A stretch of DNA of 64,000 bases, from contig NC_043010.1 in assembly GCF_006345805.1 (NCBI RefSeq), positions 23,932,001 through 23,996,000 on the forward strand, given 5' to 3'. The position numbers and the translations under genes are program-made. This document shows positions 27,245 through 40,462 of the stretch, in pieces. Position 1 is the stretch's first letter; the number at the start of each line of letters is the position of its first letter. The stretch is from Octopus sinensis (Eukaryota). Under the pieces are notes generated by a model. The model was not told the DNA's origin and searched no databases. It was given only the letters and a program-made list of their open reading frames with translations.

Positions 27245-27663
27245 AAAAATGCAATAGAGGACAATAAAACCGCAGGATGGATATGCGATACAAAGGCGGA
27301 CAGGAACAACAAGAATTAGAGGGACAGGAAAAAGAAGAACGGGTCATTCGTGGCCTTCTTTCGTCAGTCGAGTTACCAGACGTTGGGCACATTTTTGGTT
27401 GCCCTCCCCCCCCCCGCCCAGTCTAAGCTAAGAGCATTGGATATTTTTTGTAAGAAAACCAGCGAATGTGTGTGACACCAAAGACCAGATCGAACAATCT
27501 CAAGTGTAATTGCCCGAAACTAAAGATATCTGGTAACTTGATTGACGAAAGAAGGCTGCGAATGACCCATCCTTTGTTTCCTGTCCCTCTAATTGCTGTT
27601 TTTCCTGTCTGCCTTTATGTCGCCTATCGATCCGGATGTTTTATTGTCCTCCATTGCGTTTTT
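27245..27663. mobile_element. Fold-back element with ~140-bp inverted arms
   Basis: 27245-27384 is inverted at 27526-27663. Each arm carries (C/T)TGACGA aagaaggc...cgaatgaccc. Confidence 0.75.
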
Positions 27664-27769
27664 CCATTATTTATTTATTTATATATACATATAGTGGCGT
27701 ACGTACATTATTGTTCATCTTATAATAAATATGTGTGTGTGTGTGTGCGTATGTGTGTGTGTGTTCTTC

Positions 27770-28105
27770 TACTTCTTTCGGTCATTTGACTGCAGCCACG
27801 CTAGGACTTATTCTTTGTAAGTATGACACTTATTCTATCAGACCCTTTTGTCGAAACGCTAAGTTACAGGGATGTAAGCACACCAACATCCGTTGTAAAG
27901 CGATTCGGGGAGGAAACAAAGACACAAAGTCAAACAAACGCACATAAACACTCACACATATATGTATACGACATGCTTCTTTCAGATTCCGTCTACAAAT
28001 TCCATTCAAAAGGGCCTGGTCGGCCCAAGGTTATAGTAGAAGACACGCGTTTGGACTGAATCCGGAACCATGTGGTTGGGAAGCAAGCTTCTTATCGCAC
28101 AGGTA
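27770..28105 (-). mobile_element. tRNA-derived SINE (25962 family)
   Basis: Reverse-complement homology over both head and tail. Confidence 0.75.
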
Positions 28106-28117
28106 TGCATGAGCATG

Positions 28118-28136
28118 TAGATAGATAGATAGATAG

Positions 28137-28184
<48 letters not shown>

Positions 28185-28189
28185 CAGAC

Positions 28190-28252
<63 letters not shown>

Positions 28253-28253
28253 C

Positions 28254-28337
<84 letters not shown>

Positions 28338-28356
28338 TTAGATAGATAGATAGATA
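28118..28356 (+). repeat. (TAGA)n microsatellite, 3' flank of the Tx1-type LINE
   Basis: Direct reading. Confidence 0.95.
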
Positions 28357-28840
28357 ACTTTTTATTGCAGCCACACAGGGCTAAACACAGAATAAAATGG
28401 ACGAAATACAATGTAGAATTTTTTCTTTTCGAGGTGGGATGGGTGGGTACAAAAGAAAAAAAAAAGAAAAAACGTTTGATCAAAAGGGATCTGTGGGTTG
28501 AGTGGTGTATAAAAAGGTAATATATATATATATATAAGGTTCACAGTTTAGGTGTAACCTTGGAAAGAAAAACCTACAAAAAGGACCAAGTTCACCTCAG
28601 ACAGTTCGAAAAGGAACACATGAGTAAGTCGCCTTACTTCTCGTTGTCTCTTTTGGTTACAGATTTATGCTTAAAATAGTGTTGTCTTTCATACTGACCA
28701 TTTTTGCCACTTTTACCCACTTTTATTAAAACATTCATTCGACAAAGCCTTCCTCTCTATTCTCATCCTCCTTTTCAAGTGGTACTTGAAAAAGTTGACG
28801 AGAGACTGACCAGAGAGGAAGATCTTTGTTTGCAGTCCTT

Positions 28841-31811
28841 TCAAACGCGTCCACCACACACATTCTTTGCCATAGCCATCAACGTAACGAAAACAGTTTT
28901 CCCTTCCCGTTTAAAGGAAGGTGGTGGAACAATATTCACGATAGACTCGGCCGATAGGCGGGCCCGATCTACACGTGACAACAGCTGTTCGACGAAGGTC
29001 CACAGGTCTGAAATATCTGGACACTGCACGAGTGCGTGCAGAACGGTTTCGTCGCTCTGACCGCATCTCGGGCAGGTCAGTCCGGTGATGGTTTTCGAAC
29101 CGTGCCTGTAGCTCTTCTCTCGAACAGGTTGTGCGTCTCGATAGCACTGCCAAGCCAGGGATGTCTGGAAGTTATCCATAGGCCCCGGCCCGAACGTCGT
29201 CCTGAACAGGCGGGTTAGGAATTTCTCGTCGACGCCCAGGTTTGCCCCGAGTGTGTCGTCGGACCTCCCCTCCACTAGTCCTCTATAGAACGCTTTAGTC
29301 GTTTGTAAGTTGCACAAGTTTGACCCCGGTCGGCAGAGCTGTTGTAGAGCTTGGCAACACTCTCGGTGCCAATCGCCCAGTTTCGGTCGCTTTTTGATCC
29401 ACGTTTGCAGTTCGGTCAGTGAGACGAGCTGCGGGAAGGCGTGCCTCACAAACGGCGCCCACACCTGTTCACCGTCGTCGACGAAGTTCCAGAGATGTCG
29501 CAGTCTCAGCGTATGCCTGCGCATCATCAACTACGGCATGCCCAGTCCTCCATTCAACGGATGTTGACAGCAAATGGACTTCCTCACCATCGGAACGCCA
29601 CCCTTCCACAGGAAGCGGAAGTGTATGCGTTCCAGTTTGGTGATGGTGGCGTCGGGACAAGGTACGACGGTCAGGCGGTAATCGATGACGGATGCGATGT
29701 ACGCGTTCGCCACCTCCGCCCGGCCTTTTAGAGACAGCTTTCTCTCGGCCCATGTTTGGCTGAGAGCGACCACTCTACTCGTGATCTCGTCCCAGTTCTT
29801 ATCCATTTGGAGGTCCGGACTGAACCAGACCCCGAGCAATTTAACCGGTCCATCCGTCCAGCGTCCCACTACTGAGCCGCAGTCGGACGGCATGAGCTTG
29901 CTTCTCCAGGTGCCGAGTAGCAAACCCACTGACTTTTCCGGGTTAATCTTTGCTCCCGTCACCGTTTCGTATTTTCTTAGTGTCTCGCCTATCATCTGGA
30001 TGTGTTTGTCGCTCGACACTATGACGGTGACATCGTCCGCATATGCCGACACGCTCGTCCCGCAACCCAGTTCTCGTTGGATGCCCCTCAGTGTCGCCAG
30101 CTTCCGCAGTAGCGGCTCGAGAGTCAATACATACAGAAGCGCCGACAGGGGACACCCCTGACGGACCGAACGCGTGATGTCAAACGGTTTCGACAGGTGA
30201 CCGTTCACCCGAATCACCGATCAGATGCCGCTATACAAGGCAGCGATCCAACCGCGGAAGACGGGACCGAAGCCAGCCGCCCTGAGAACGGCCGCCAAGT
30301 ACCGATGGTCGACCCTATCGAAGGCTTTAGACTGATCCAAATTTATCAGCGCCCCACCCATGCCAGGATCCTTAACTACTCTGACCACAATGTAGCGCAT
30401 CAGATGGAGGTTGTCATGTATGGTTCTGCCCGGCACGGCGCATGTTTGCGCCCTGTCGACCAGTTTACCAATGACAAGCGCCAACCTCTCGGCTATTACT
30501 TTGGCCAAAATTTTCAAATCTGCGTTGAGCAGAGTGATGGGCCTGAAATTATCTATAAAATTCCCCTTGTTTGGGTCTTTCTTCAGCAACGTCACTGCAC
30601 CTCGGCTCACGAAACCGGGGATTCTCCCGTTTTGTTGCCAGTTGCAGTAGACTGTTGATCTATTAGAGACCGAATGGTGGCTCTGTTGCCACGCTGCGCC
30701 TCCGCTACCCGGGCCTCTCGCGCAGCTTCGATCCCTTCGTTCCTTAAGCACGCATTTTAGCTCTGACGACGCAACCTTCGTGTTTGACGTTGAGGTGTTG
30801 GTCGAGGGCCATCCTCGCAGCCAGCACGTTGGTTGCGCTGCCAGTGGTAAGTGCCTCTTCTAGTTTCTTAACCAAGTCTCCCTCTACTCTATTTCATTCT
30901 ATCGCTAATTCCTTGCTAAACCTAATTGATTCCGATTTTATTGCCATTTTCGGGGCGAACCACCAGCGGTTGTTAACGACGGCTCCCGTCAGCGCCCTCT
31001 TAATTAACTCGCTAATCCGGTTCCTGTAAACCTGTCGCGCTAAGAGCGACGTGTTCAGTTTCCAGTAACCGGGACCCTGTCTATGTGTTTTATCTAAGTC
31101 GAGCGTACACGTCACAAATTTGTGATCTGTGTAGCTGACTATTTTAAATTGTGGACATCCTACACTATCCCTATCCGCTGTCCTGCATAGAATTCTATCT
31201 AGATAAGATCTCGACAATCCGACGCGGTTTGTCCAAGTCCACGTTGGCACGTTCGGATGGTCGAGTCGGAACCTGTCAGACAAATGGAAACGTCTGAGCA
31301 GGTCTTTGGGGCTCTTACACCCCCTTCTATTCCTATCCATTCCCACATAATCTAGATGCGTGTCCAAGGCAGCGTTCCAATCCCCTACTAACAGTAAAGG
31401 TCTAGACGTACCCAGGAAAACCTCTAGACGTCTGAAGAAATCCGCCCGATCCGTTAAGGACGGTGCATAAACTGCCATCAGACGGATTGCACACCCATTT
31501 CTGCCATCCACGTCCAAGACAACCAGCCTACCCTCCGGGTCTAGGAATATTGCTCTTACTTTTACATTTAGACTCTTTCGAAAAAGCACTGCGGTACCTC
31601 CACCACCCATGTTCGGCAGACAGGGAGAAAAATAAATGTCAAATTGATTGCCAAACATGGACTCGAGGGGCGGCGGCTTACTGAGTCTGGTTTCACTGAT
31701 AGCTACTATATCCACGTTCAGTGACTTGATGTCGTTTAGAAGGTAACCTTGCTTCCAAGCCGACGCCAAGCCACGCGCATTCACACAACCTAATTTAAGC
31801 ATACTTGACAT
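28841..31811 (-). pseudogene. Tx1/L1 ORF2 (APE endonuclease + RT + zinc finger), disrupted
   Basis: NARGL, ISET, GDWNA, SYLDRI, TDH, GYWKLN; NFRPITLLNADLKI, DQSKAFDRVDH, VRQGCPLS, YADD; CPRCGQSDETVLHALVQC. Confidence 0.93.
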
Positions 31812-31888
31812 TTACGAAAATTTTTTTTACACACTACATTGGAAGAGACAAGAGGCAAGAGGGGAGGTCACTTACTCATTTTAAAAGT

Positions 31889-33753
31889 TTAATTTTTTTC
31901 TTCTTCGTTTGTATTGTTTTTGATGAGGTGTTTGTATAGTTTTTTCGACAGGTATCGGTGAAACCCGCCTACCGCATTCGGAAATATTGTTTTCAGTATG
32001 TGGTGTTGTGCTTGTGTTATGTGTAAAATTCTGATGTGTTTCGGTGGTGTGGTGTGCGGATGATTGTTTGTCTTAAAGTCATCTTCACAGATGTCGATGT
32101 TGCATGTGATGTAGTCCATTAATTCTTTATTGTCTGTGTCTATTGCAGTTAGTTGTGCGTGTGGTTTTACGGGTTCATTGCTTTTTTGATTGTCTAGGGG
32201 GATGCTGTCCGGAGTTATGTATCTCCCTGCTTTACTTCCTTGTTTGGTGGATTTTTTGGATCTTTTTCTTTTACCCCCTGTGGATATTTGCCATTCCGTC
32301 GAACTTTCGTCGTCCGACGTATCAGTAGGAGGTAAAGGCAAAGCATTTGCATTACTATGTATGCTTGTAGAAATGTTTTGTGCGGTGTTTGTGTTGTTGT
32401 GGTGTTAGGGGTAGAATTTGTCTTCTCGTCAGTTTTCTGTCTTTTTAATCGTCGTTCTCGGTGTTGGTGTTGGTCTATTATTTGTTGGTTCAGCATGTTG
32501 AATTGGTTGTGACGTCTTGTGTTGGTACTGTTTCTTTTCTTGGTGATGTTGTTGGGGTTTGTTTGCTGGTTTGTTGTTTTTCTTGGCATTGTTCCATAAT
32601 TGAGTGTGTTGGTGTTGGTGTTGGTGTTGGCAACAAGGGTTTTTTATTTGTTTTCTGATTTGTTCTTTCTTGTTATTTCTGTACCAGATCGCACTTGGCA
32701 ATTAAATGTTCGGGGCTGCCACAGTTGTAGCATCTAGGCTTTTTGCCTTCTGCTACAACATATAGGCATTGCCCATTTTCCAAACGGATCTTATTCGGTA
32801 GGCTCTCGATAGAGGCCCCCTCAATCTGTATGGTCACCACTATTGTCTTCCCACCCCAAATGTCGCCAAGGTACACAGCGGTTTCCAAAATGTTGATATT
32901 TTTTAAATGGTAACAGATTGCCCCTGTTATCCATTTGTTAGGAATCTCGGGAGGTACATTTTTAATAGTGATTCGACTCACTCTCTGGTTTTTATAGTAT
33001 GGGACCATGATGATTTCATCATTTCCCAGAGACTCAGTAGAGTGAGCTTTTGCCACTTCCTGGTTAGGGAAGCGGACCACTACTGTGTTAAACTGGGGAC
33101 CCCAGTTTATATATTCTTTTTCTTTCATTATGTTTTTTAAGGATTTTTCTACATCTGCTTTTGTAATCTGTTCATTTAGTTTTTTTGTTTTTTTCTTATA
33201 ATTTTATATATAATTGTCTTATTTTCTATTTCTTGCTTTATGTGTTGAGTTGTATGTAGCACTAAATATTGCCCACGGGTTGTAAAGAGAGCTCTCGTTT
33301 CTATGAGCTCTTCATTTGTAAATGTTACAATCTCTTTCTTCTGACGCAGAGTGTCAGCGAAATTTACTGGTGTTGTTGATTTTTTTGTATTAACATCTTC
33401 ACTATTAGATAGTTCATTTTATTGTTGTTGTTGTTGTTGTTGTTTTTCTTAATAGTATTCGCGTGAGTTTCATTTTTATCATTTATGTTGGTCGTTGTGG
33501 TGGTGGTGGTGGTGGTGGAGGTGGTGGTGGTAGCAGTAGTAGTCTCGTGGTTGCTGTTGTTAGTGGTGGTGGTGGTGGTGGCGGTGGTGACAGGGCTGTT
33601 ACCGCACGTGGTTGCAGCGTTCATTCCAACGGTATTCATGTTTCCACTTTGCGTGCATGAGTTCTTTTTTTCTTCTCCTAGCGTTTCCAAACTAGGAAAA
33701 TGCTGGTCCATGAAGGAACGCGACCAGCGTTCTACAATAAAATTTCTCGACAT
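31889..33753 (-). pseudogene. Tx1 ORF1 (gag-like, zinc knuckle), disrupted
   Basis: ITIKNVPPEI..., CYNCGSPEHLIAKC (CX2CX4HX4C), split across several frames. Confidence 0.8.
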
Positions 33754-33950
33754 TTTTTAATGTCGAGAAGAAAATTACAGAAATGAAATGGGGTTGAAAC
33801 TGCCCCTAGGGGTGAATTCCTCCCTTGGAAAAGCACTCAAACGAAAGTTGGGTGCCTTACACACCTTATTTGCAAAAATGTACACAAAATATGGGCTATA
33901 AATAGTCAAAATAAACGATTACCTTCGGAGCCGAAGTGACAGCACGTCCG

Positions 33951-34027
<77 letters not shown>

Positions 34028-34055
34028 GGATGGATGGATAGATAGATAGATAGAG

Positions 34056-34122
<67 letters not shown>

Positions 34123-34135
34123 GTTAGATATATAG
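33951..34135 (+). repeat. (TAGA)n microsatellite, 5' flank of the Tx1-type LINE
   Basis: Direct reading. Confidence 0.95.
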
Positions 34136-34635
34136 ACGTACAGCGAGGGAACAACTACAATATAATCTCATCAACTTATCTTCCTCATACCAAACGTATA
34201 GGTTTCTTCTGTGAACTTTTCATTTCTGAGAAAAATTCTTAAGTTTTACAAATTTTAGTTTCTTCCTTACGTATTTCAAGAGTGATCCTTTCATTTCTTT
34301 TGTTTTTATTTTTTTTACCATTTATAATTCCTGTTCTATTTGCACATATTTTTGTTAGCAGGGATATTTCTATTGTTACATCTTCCCAGTCGTGATGAAT
34401 AATGGTTCTCATAATAATGCTAAACCAAAATTGTCAATTATCAATTATCAATTATCAAGATTTTCAGTTAAAAAATAATAAAAAGATTTCTGTTCGTTTT
34501 GCTTTATTTTGTTTTAATATTTCCGTGTTTCCATCACGTGTGCCGCTGTGGACATCATTGTAAAACTCTAATACATGACAATTAAATAATACTTTTGCTT
34601 GCATATGTATATACATACATACATATATATATATA

Positions 34636-34705
<70 letters not shown>

Positions 34706-35589
34706 TATATATACATATATGTATACATATATATACATACATACATGCACACACATATATATATATACAGCCATACAAATGCATATATATCTGTATATAC
34801 ACGCATAGAGTCATACACATACAAACACTCGTATATATAAAAAAATAATTGCATGTCTATCACAGCATCCTCTCGATTTTTGCTTTGTTTTGTTTTATTT
34901 TTTTACTGCGCATGTGCCGATGTGCACTGTCATTTCCGCTACTTGATATTATTTTCTTGGCGCGAATTCATTGTTGTTCAAAGTATTCGTTTGTGCGACT
35001 TATGCTTGATTAATTTACATTCCGTTTCAAATACCTGAATATGATAATTCTGTTGTTTTATTAATATTTCGTTCTTTCCAGCTTACTTCTTCCATCTCTG
35101 TCATCACATATAACATATACACACACGCATGCGCAGACATAAACACACACAGAGTAAGAGAGAGAGAGAGAGAGAGAATGCGAGAGAGAAATGCAAAGAA
35201 GCACCTGAAACGCACAGCAAACGCACATTTTTGCCACGAAAGACGCACACAGGCGGCACTACACGCGCATCAACAAGAATAACTACAACAATGCCATGCA
35301 CGAAATACATCACAACAAATGCACAAAGGGACAATTGCACTGAAGCAGATTCAACGAATCACTCACTAGTTTCTCGACCTATCAAAAATAGTAGCCACAT
35401 CTCCCTCAGTTCATTGCTTTTTGACATAATGTGTTCCTAAGTCTACACACGTAGCAAAACACATGATGGTCACGAATGGCATGTCCAAGGACCTGATAAC
35501 CAGACGCAATGCGGTCAGTTATTATATTGTATTCATTACCCAGTCAGCACTGGATGTTGACCGCTTGCTTGATTATTTTGCTCAGTTAC

Positions 35590-35750
35590 AAGTTACTATG
35601 GTCAGCGACATGTTACATGAATGTCACGTGTGGTCACTACTACGAGAAAAGACAACTGGAGATGTCCAAGCGACTGGTTATTGCTATTCTTGATTTTGCA
35701 CCCCTACAGTTTAGATCTGGTCCATCCAGATCTTTCAGATATCACAATCC
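35590..35750 (+). pseudogene. Possible highly decayed mariner transposase remnant
   Basis: ILHPYSLDLVHPD resembles the HPPYSPDLAPSD motif. No TIRs seen. Confidence 0.3.
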
Positions 35751-35752
35751 TG

Positions 35753-35812
<60 letters not shown>

Positions 35813-35861
35813 TACTTTGAAAAAGATGCGTGGCATTCAATGAAATAATATTATAAATAAA

Positions 35862-35898
<37 letters not shown>

Positions 35899-35906
35899 AT
35901 ATATAT

Positions 35907-35937
<31 letters not shown>

Positions 35938-35939
<2 letters not shown>

Positions 35940-36364
35940 ATAGAAATATTAAAATTACTAAGTCTCTATAAAAGAGATTATGGCAGCGTTTACTGGAAAT
36001 TAATTGTTATCGCCATATTAATATGACATTCTTATAGATATAAGAATAATCGCTGCCATGGTCAGCTCCATGAGGCCACCGCCGTCAAGATAGCTATTGA
36101 TACACGATCTGTATCCATTATAACCTTCGAACAAGGGAGGTCAGCCGCTTCACACTGCCAGTCCGACAGCTACAGACGCGTTTCGGGGTATTGCCCCTTG
36201 TCAATGTAGCGCAGTCAGACCCGCAGGTGTGGCCACTGACGTCTCTGTTCGAAGGCTTATATTTACCTAGTTTCAGTGGAATACATCCACTTGTTTTCAA
36301 TAATAGACATATTAAAATTACTAAGTCTCTATAAAAGAGATTATGGCAGCGTTTACTGGAAATT
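35938..36364 (-). mobile_element. Retrozyme-like/pLTR unit: 363-nt period with 64-nt terminal redundancy
   Basis: 35938-36001 is repeated at 36301-36364 (1 mismatch). Hammerhead fold at 36169-36210. Confidence 0.7.
36169..36210 (-). ncRNA. Degenerate type I hammerhead
   Basis: gctaca TTGACAA gggg-caata-cccc GAAA cgc GTC tgtagc: perfect stems, two substitutions in CUGANGA. Confidence 0.7.
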
Positions 36365-36889
36365 TGACCCTTCTCACAATGATAAAAGGAAATATAATTT
36401 ATGACCTGCCTCCCCGCCACCACACACTCAGTGACACTGTGAAGTGGTCAAAGCTGAAATTCTTAGAACCCCCTTGGAGTCAATATTCTGTCCAGCAGAC
36501 CCAAAAAATTCTTTCTTTCTTCTTCCCTCTCCCTTCCCCTCTTTCTCTTTAGCACTCACCTCAGATACAAACACACACACACACACATATACACATGTTC
36601 TCTCTCTCACTTTCTCCTCATCCATCTCATCCTCTTGTACTGTCTTATATTCCTCCCCACCACTACAAAACTCTATAAAATGATTAAAATTCTCCACACA
36701 GGAATTTAGTTTGATTTGAAAACCCCACTAGAATAGAAGAAAGCGCTAATGATCTAAGTGATATGATATATATATAAAAAATGTAATATATAAATAAATA
36801 TCTCTAAATATAAACCATCCGATCTTCTGATTACCTCATTTCTTCTAATATATATGTATATATATATATATATTATATATATATATATA

Positions 36890-37045
36890 ATTGAAATTTA
36901 CAGAAAAGCAAAAGACGAAGACAGGGGTATAAACAACATACAGGTGTATTAGTTTGACGCTCGGGAAGGTGAAAAAGTCTTTTACGTTTCGAGCCTACGT
37001 TCTTCATCAGAAAGGAACACGATGAAATAAACACAGAGAGAATTT
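36890..37045 (-). mobile_element. Solo PLE pLTR (family A)
   Basis: Homologous to 17090-17256 and 45490-45665. Confidence 0.75.
36979..37014 (-). ncRNA. Minimal type I hammerhead with extra A after the core
   Basis: cttt CTGATGA A gaac-gtag-gctc GAAA cG TA aaag: intact core, palindromic ACGT stem III, one stem II mismatch. Confidence 0.7.
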
Positions 37046-37689
37046 AAAAAATCTTTTGGAGTTGCTGGTCAATATATATATATATACAGAGAGAGAGAGA
37101 TGGCCCCGAGAGAAACTCCTGCCCAGAATTTGCCATTTGAAATATATTACATTTTCAATATGATGCCAACACAAAACTGGACCACATACCATAGACGAAC
37201 TAAGCGATTTCTAAACAGAGACTTTTACTAAAATTACTTCAGAAGTACTCAGGACGAAAATATCAATTCGATATTGAACAATTGGTGACTTCAGAAATTT
37301 ACTTTCTATAGAATCTTAGATTTTAAAGTTTATCTTCAAAGGATTCGATAAATTTGACTTTAATATACCTCCTTTATTAAGTTTCATTCTTTGTTGAATT
37401 CCAATAGAATGGAATCTGACAGACTAACTGATCAATAAACATGATTAATAATAGGATTGTAGACTTATCCACCTCACCCCACACTTCTCTTGAGACTTGC
37501 GGTCATGTTTCGTTTTTCCAGTAAATTCTTCGAGGTTGCATTGTCACGTTTGTTGCTGCATGACACTGATATATTGCACCATGTCAACCCTACCACTCCT
37601 GCACCAAGAAAAAAACCGATAAAAATAAAACGAGCCAATGAGGGACCGTCTGCCTGGTTACCTCTCTCTTTCTCTCTCTCTCTCTCTTT

Positions 37690-37900
37690 CTCTTCCTGTC
37701 TCCTTCGCTTGCTCCCACCCGCACTGTTCAATGTACGGGGAGTGGCAAAGAGAACAGAAGAGATTACTGATGAGAATACTGGAGGTGAAAGTGAAGGAGT
37801 TGGTGACGTGGAAGGAGCGGTAGTGAGTATTGGTGAAGGCCGCGTATTTTAAGAGAACGGGACAGGTGCGTATATGTCAGGTACCCAGTTGTCCCCCTTG
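37690..37900 (-). pseudogene. Decayed PLE GIY-YIG fragment
   Basis: Minus-strand translation FTFTSSILISNLFCSLCHSPYIEQ aligns to FTCTSSNIIYCISCSLCHSLYIGQ of the ORF at 46685-47341. Confidence 0.55.
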
Positions 37901-38806
37901 CTAATCATGCCTCAAGTCACCCCTTGCTGTCCTCTGTTTTGCCACTCACGCCTTTAGCAACCTCTTCCTACTTCCAGTCATTCCACCGTACGTTGTTTCT
38001 TGAATTGAAATGCGTTTCTTCTTATCTCTCTACTCTCTTTTATATTTATTTCCTCGTCTATTCTTTCGGTAGCAGAGCGCATTATCTAAACATAAAGGTG
38101 TACCAACAGTAGTTACAGTCTCAATATTTATTCTCTCTGCTAAAACAAGAACCTCTTGTAGCATGTAACATTATAGCTTGGACATACAGTCTATCCAGTT
38201 TTGTTCCTGTATGCATGTTCTCCCGGTTAAGATCATTTTAAATCAATGTTGATATTTGATATCCAGTTCATATCAGATTCAACTGATATAGAATCAAATT
38301 TGTTGAAACCATGATCCTCTTGCTGTTACTGTAAAACGGTGTAACTAAGACTAGCATATAAAGCAAGTCAATCACATTTTTAAAAAGTGAGATGAGAAGT
38401 ATTTTGCTGTTTTTTACAGCAGCAAAGCTTACTTCTATCCTGACTGAGATAATGTAGGTATGCTTGTTAGCGAGTATTTTTGATAGCCCAAATTTAATAT
38501 CTATCCACCATCGAATGACTACACGGAAAGACATTCCAACCGAGGCCTTCCACACTTACGATGTATAAGACTACATGAGGTAATATCTAAAATGCTTTTT
38601 CTTTTTATAAGACACTAATGGAATCAATTGCGATATTATATATACTTCACCAGCAGTATATTGGATAACTGATATCCCATAGTGGGTTACCCTCATAACC
38701 GGTATCTTACTTTGTACTATATATATATATATACATGCACACATATACGTATATGATGTACACACACACATACATACATACATACATGCATACATGCATA
38801 CATACA

Positions 38807-38860
<54 letters not shown>

Positions 38861-38863
38861 AAT

Positions 38864-39637
38864 TTATATATAGAGGGCATTATACATACATGCCAGGAGG
38901 CATTCTACATACACGCCATACGCTAAGAGGGACAATCAGTCATTTCTACCAAAAATATTACTAATCCCACCGAATGCAATTTTTCAAAGAAAGACATTTA
39001 AAAATATATAGACCTGTATCACAGTGATTTCATATACTTACGTAATCATCAGCAGGCCTGAATATACTATAAATAACAACGACCCTGCTTCGCTTAAGCC
39101 GATCAGCTAACTGATCAACATCAACGAAGCACATGGGTGAATTTATATTACTATATCCGGATGAATGGCAAACTTTTACGAATTGCATTTCGGGAGAGGA
39201 AAAGTTTTTTCGGAATAAAAATTTAGCAATTAAGGACAACTACTTAATAAGGAAAACTTAACAAGAAATTGTCAGTAGATAGCGTAAAAACCTCATAAGA
39301 GAAAAAATTTCGAAAATAATTATTTCTTATTGAACATATTAAATTATATATAGAGGGCATTATACATACATTCCAGGAGGCATTCTACATACACGCCATA
39401 CGCTAAGAGGGACAATCAGTCATTTCTACCAAAAATATTACTAATCCCACCGAATGCAATTCGGTGTATAATGCCCTCTATATATAATGTATGTATAATG
39501 CCCTCTATATATAAATTAATATGTTCAATAAGAAATAATTATTTTCGAAATTTTTTCTCTTATGAGGTTTTTACGCTATCTACCTGACAATTTCTTGTTA
39601 AGTTTTCCTTATTAAGTAGTTGTCCTTAATTGCTAAA
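38864..39637 (-). mobile_element. Retrozyme-like/pLTR unit: 480-nt period with 118-nt redundancy plus inverted arm
   Basis: 38864-38981 is repeated at 39344-39461. 39221-39371 is inverted at ~39487-39637. Hammerhead at 39011-39058. Confidence 0.75.
39011..39058 (-). ncRNA. Type I hammerhead ribozyme motif
   Basis: ggcctg CTGATGA t-tac-gtaa-gta-tat GAAA tca-ctg-tg ATA caggtc: 6-bp stem I with one G-U, intact core, AUA triplet, weak stem II. Confidence 0.7.
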
Positions 39638-39656
39638 TATATATATATATATATAT

Positions 39657-40462
39657 GAGTCATCCCATAAATAATGCGCTTTTTTCATTTGCATGAACTA
39701 AAAGTCGGAGGAAAACGGAATAGACTACCTGCATCAACCTGCTATAAAAGCAGGTAGTCATTTTACTTTGTCTCTATTCTTAGCGCAGGTTTTGAAGAGT
39801 GAAGTTCGATTTTAACGGTTTCGACATATTTTGCTCTGGTGAGTTCAATAGAGGCAACGACGGAGAGTGCGAGAAATATTAATGCAGTATATGGGTATCG
39901 GACGATAAGCGTAAGCCAGTGTCAACAACGGTTCCAGAAATTCCTAGCCGGAAACTACAACCTAGAAGACGAGCCCCGTCTTGGAAGATCTTTAGAACTC
40001 GACGAGGACATCCTGCAAACCCTGGTGAAATAAAATTCCATCGTAACTGTTGAGGAATTAGCAGAGGAACTTGGATTTGGTCATTCAATCATGCATCGAC
40101 ACCAGCCCAAGAAGAAAAGCGACCGTCTTTACTTTCAAGACGAAAGGTATTCTTCCCGCAGAATAATGCTCGGCCACATACTGTGAGGATGACATTCCAA
40201 GGGCTGGACAAGTTTGTATGGGAAACTATGCCCCACCCACCATATTCGCCGGACATTGCCCCATATGATAATCATTTATTCTGCAGTCTTGAAAATGATT
40301 TGGACGGAAAAATATGAATTCTATAGACGAGGTCAGAAGAGTCCTGGATGAGTATTTTTCGTCATGGAGAAGTGAATTTTGGAAGAGTGATCTTGAAAAT
40401 TTACCAGATTGATGGAAAAGCATTGTAGAAAATGAAGGAGAAAAAATCCAAATTAATAAAAG
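39657..40462 (+). mobile_element. Internally deleted mariner of a different family
   Basis: HTH region (FQKFLAGNYNLEDEPRLGR), then QNNARPH and PHPPYSPDIAPYD-like motifs at ~40160-40280. The 3' TIR was not found. Confidence 0.8.

Larger units (their letters stand above)
28357..33950 (-). mobile_element. Tx1/L1-clade non-LTR retrotransposon, near full length, defective
   Basis: ORF1 with CCHC knuckle; ORF2 with APE, RT and C-terminal CxxC..ETxxH..C; AATAAA just before the 3' end. Contains stops, frameshifts and an internal deletion near 30660. Confidence 0.93.

Noticed and set aside
35463-35560. VQGPDNQTQCG in an alternative frame, resembling an adenoviral/Polinton protease motif
   Set aside because: Short, closed by a stop, with no His/Asp region or other Polinton genes nearby.
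38419-38456. Plus-strand segment with good acceptor and donor-like sites
   Set aside because: Stops in all three frames and no supporting evidence.
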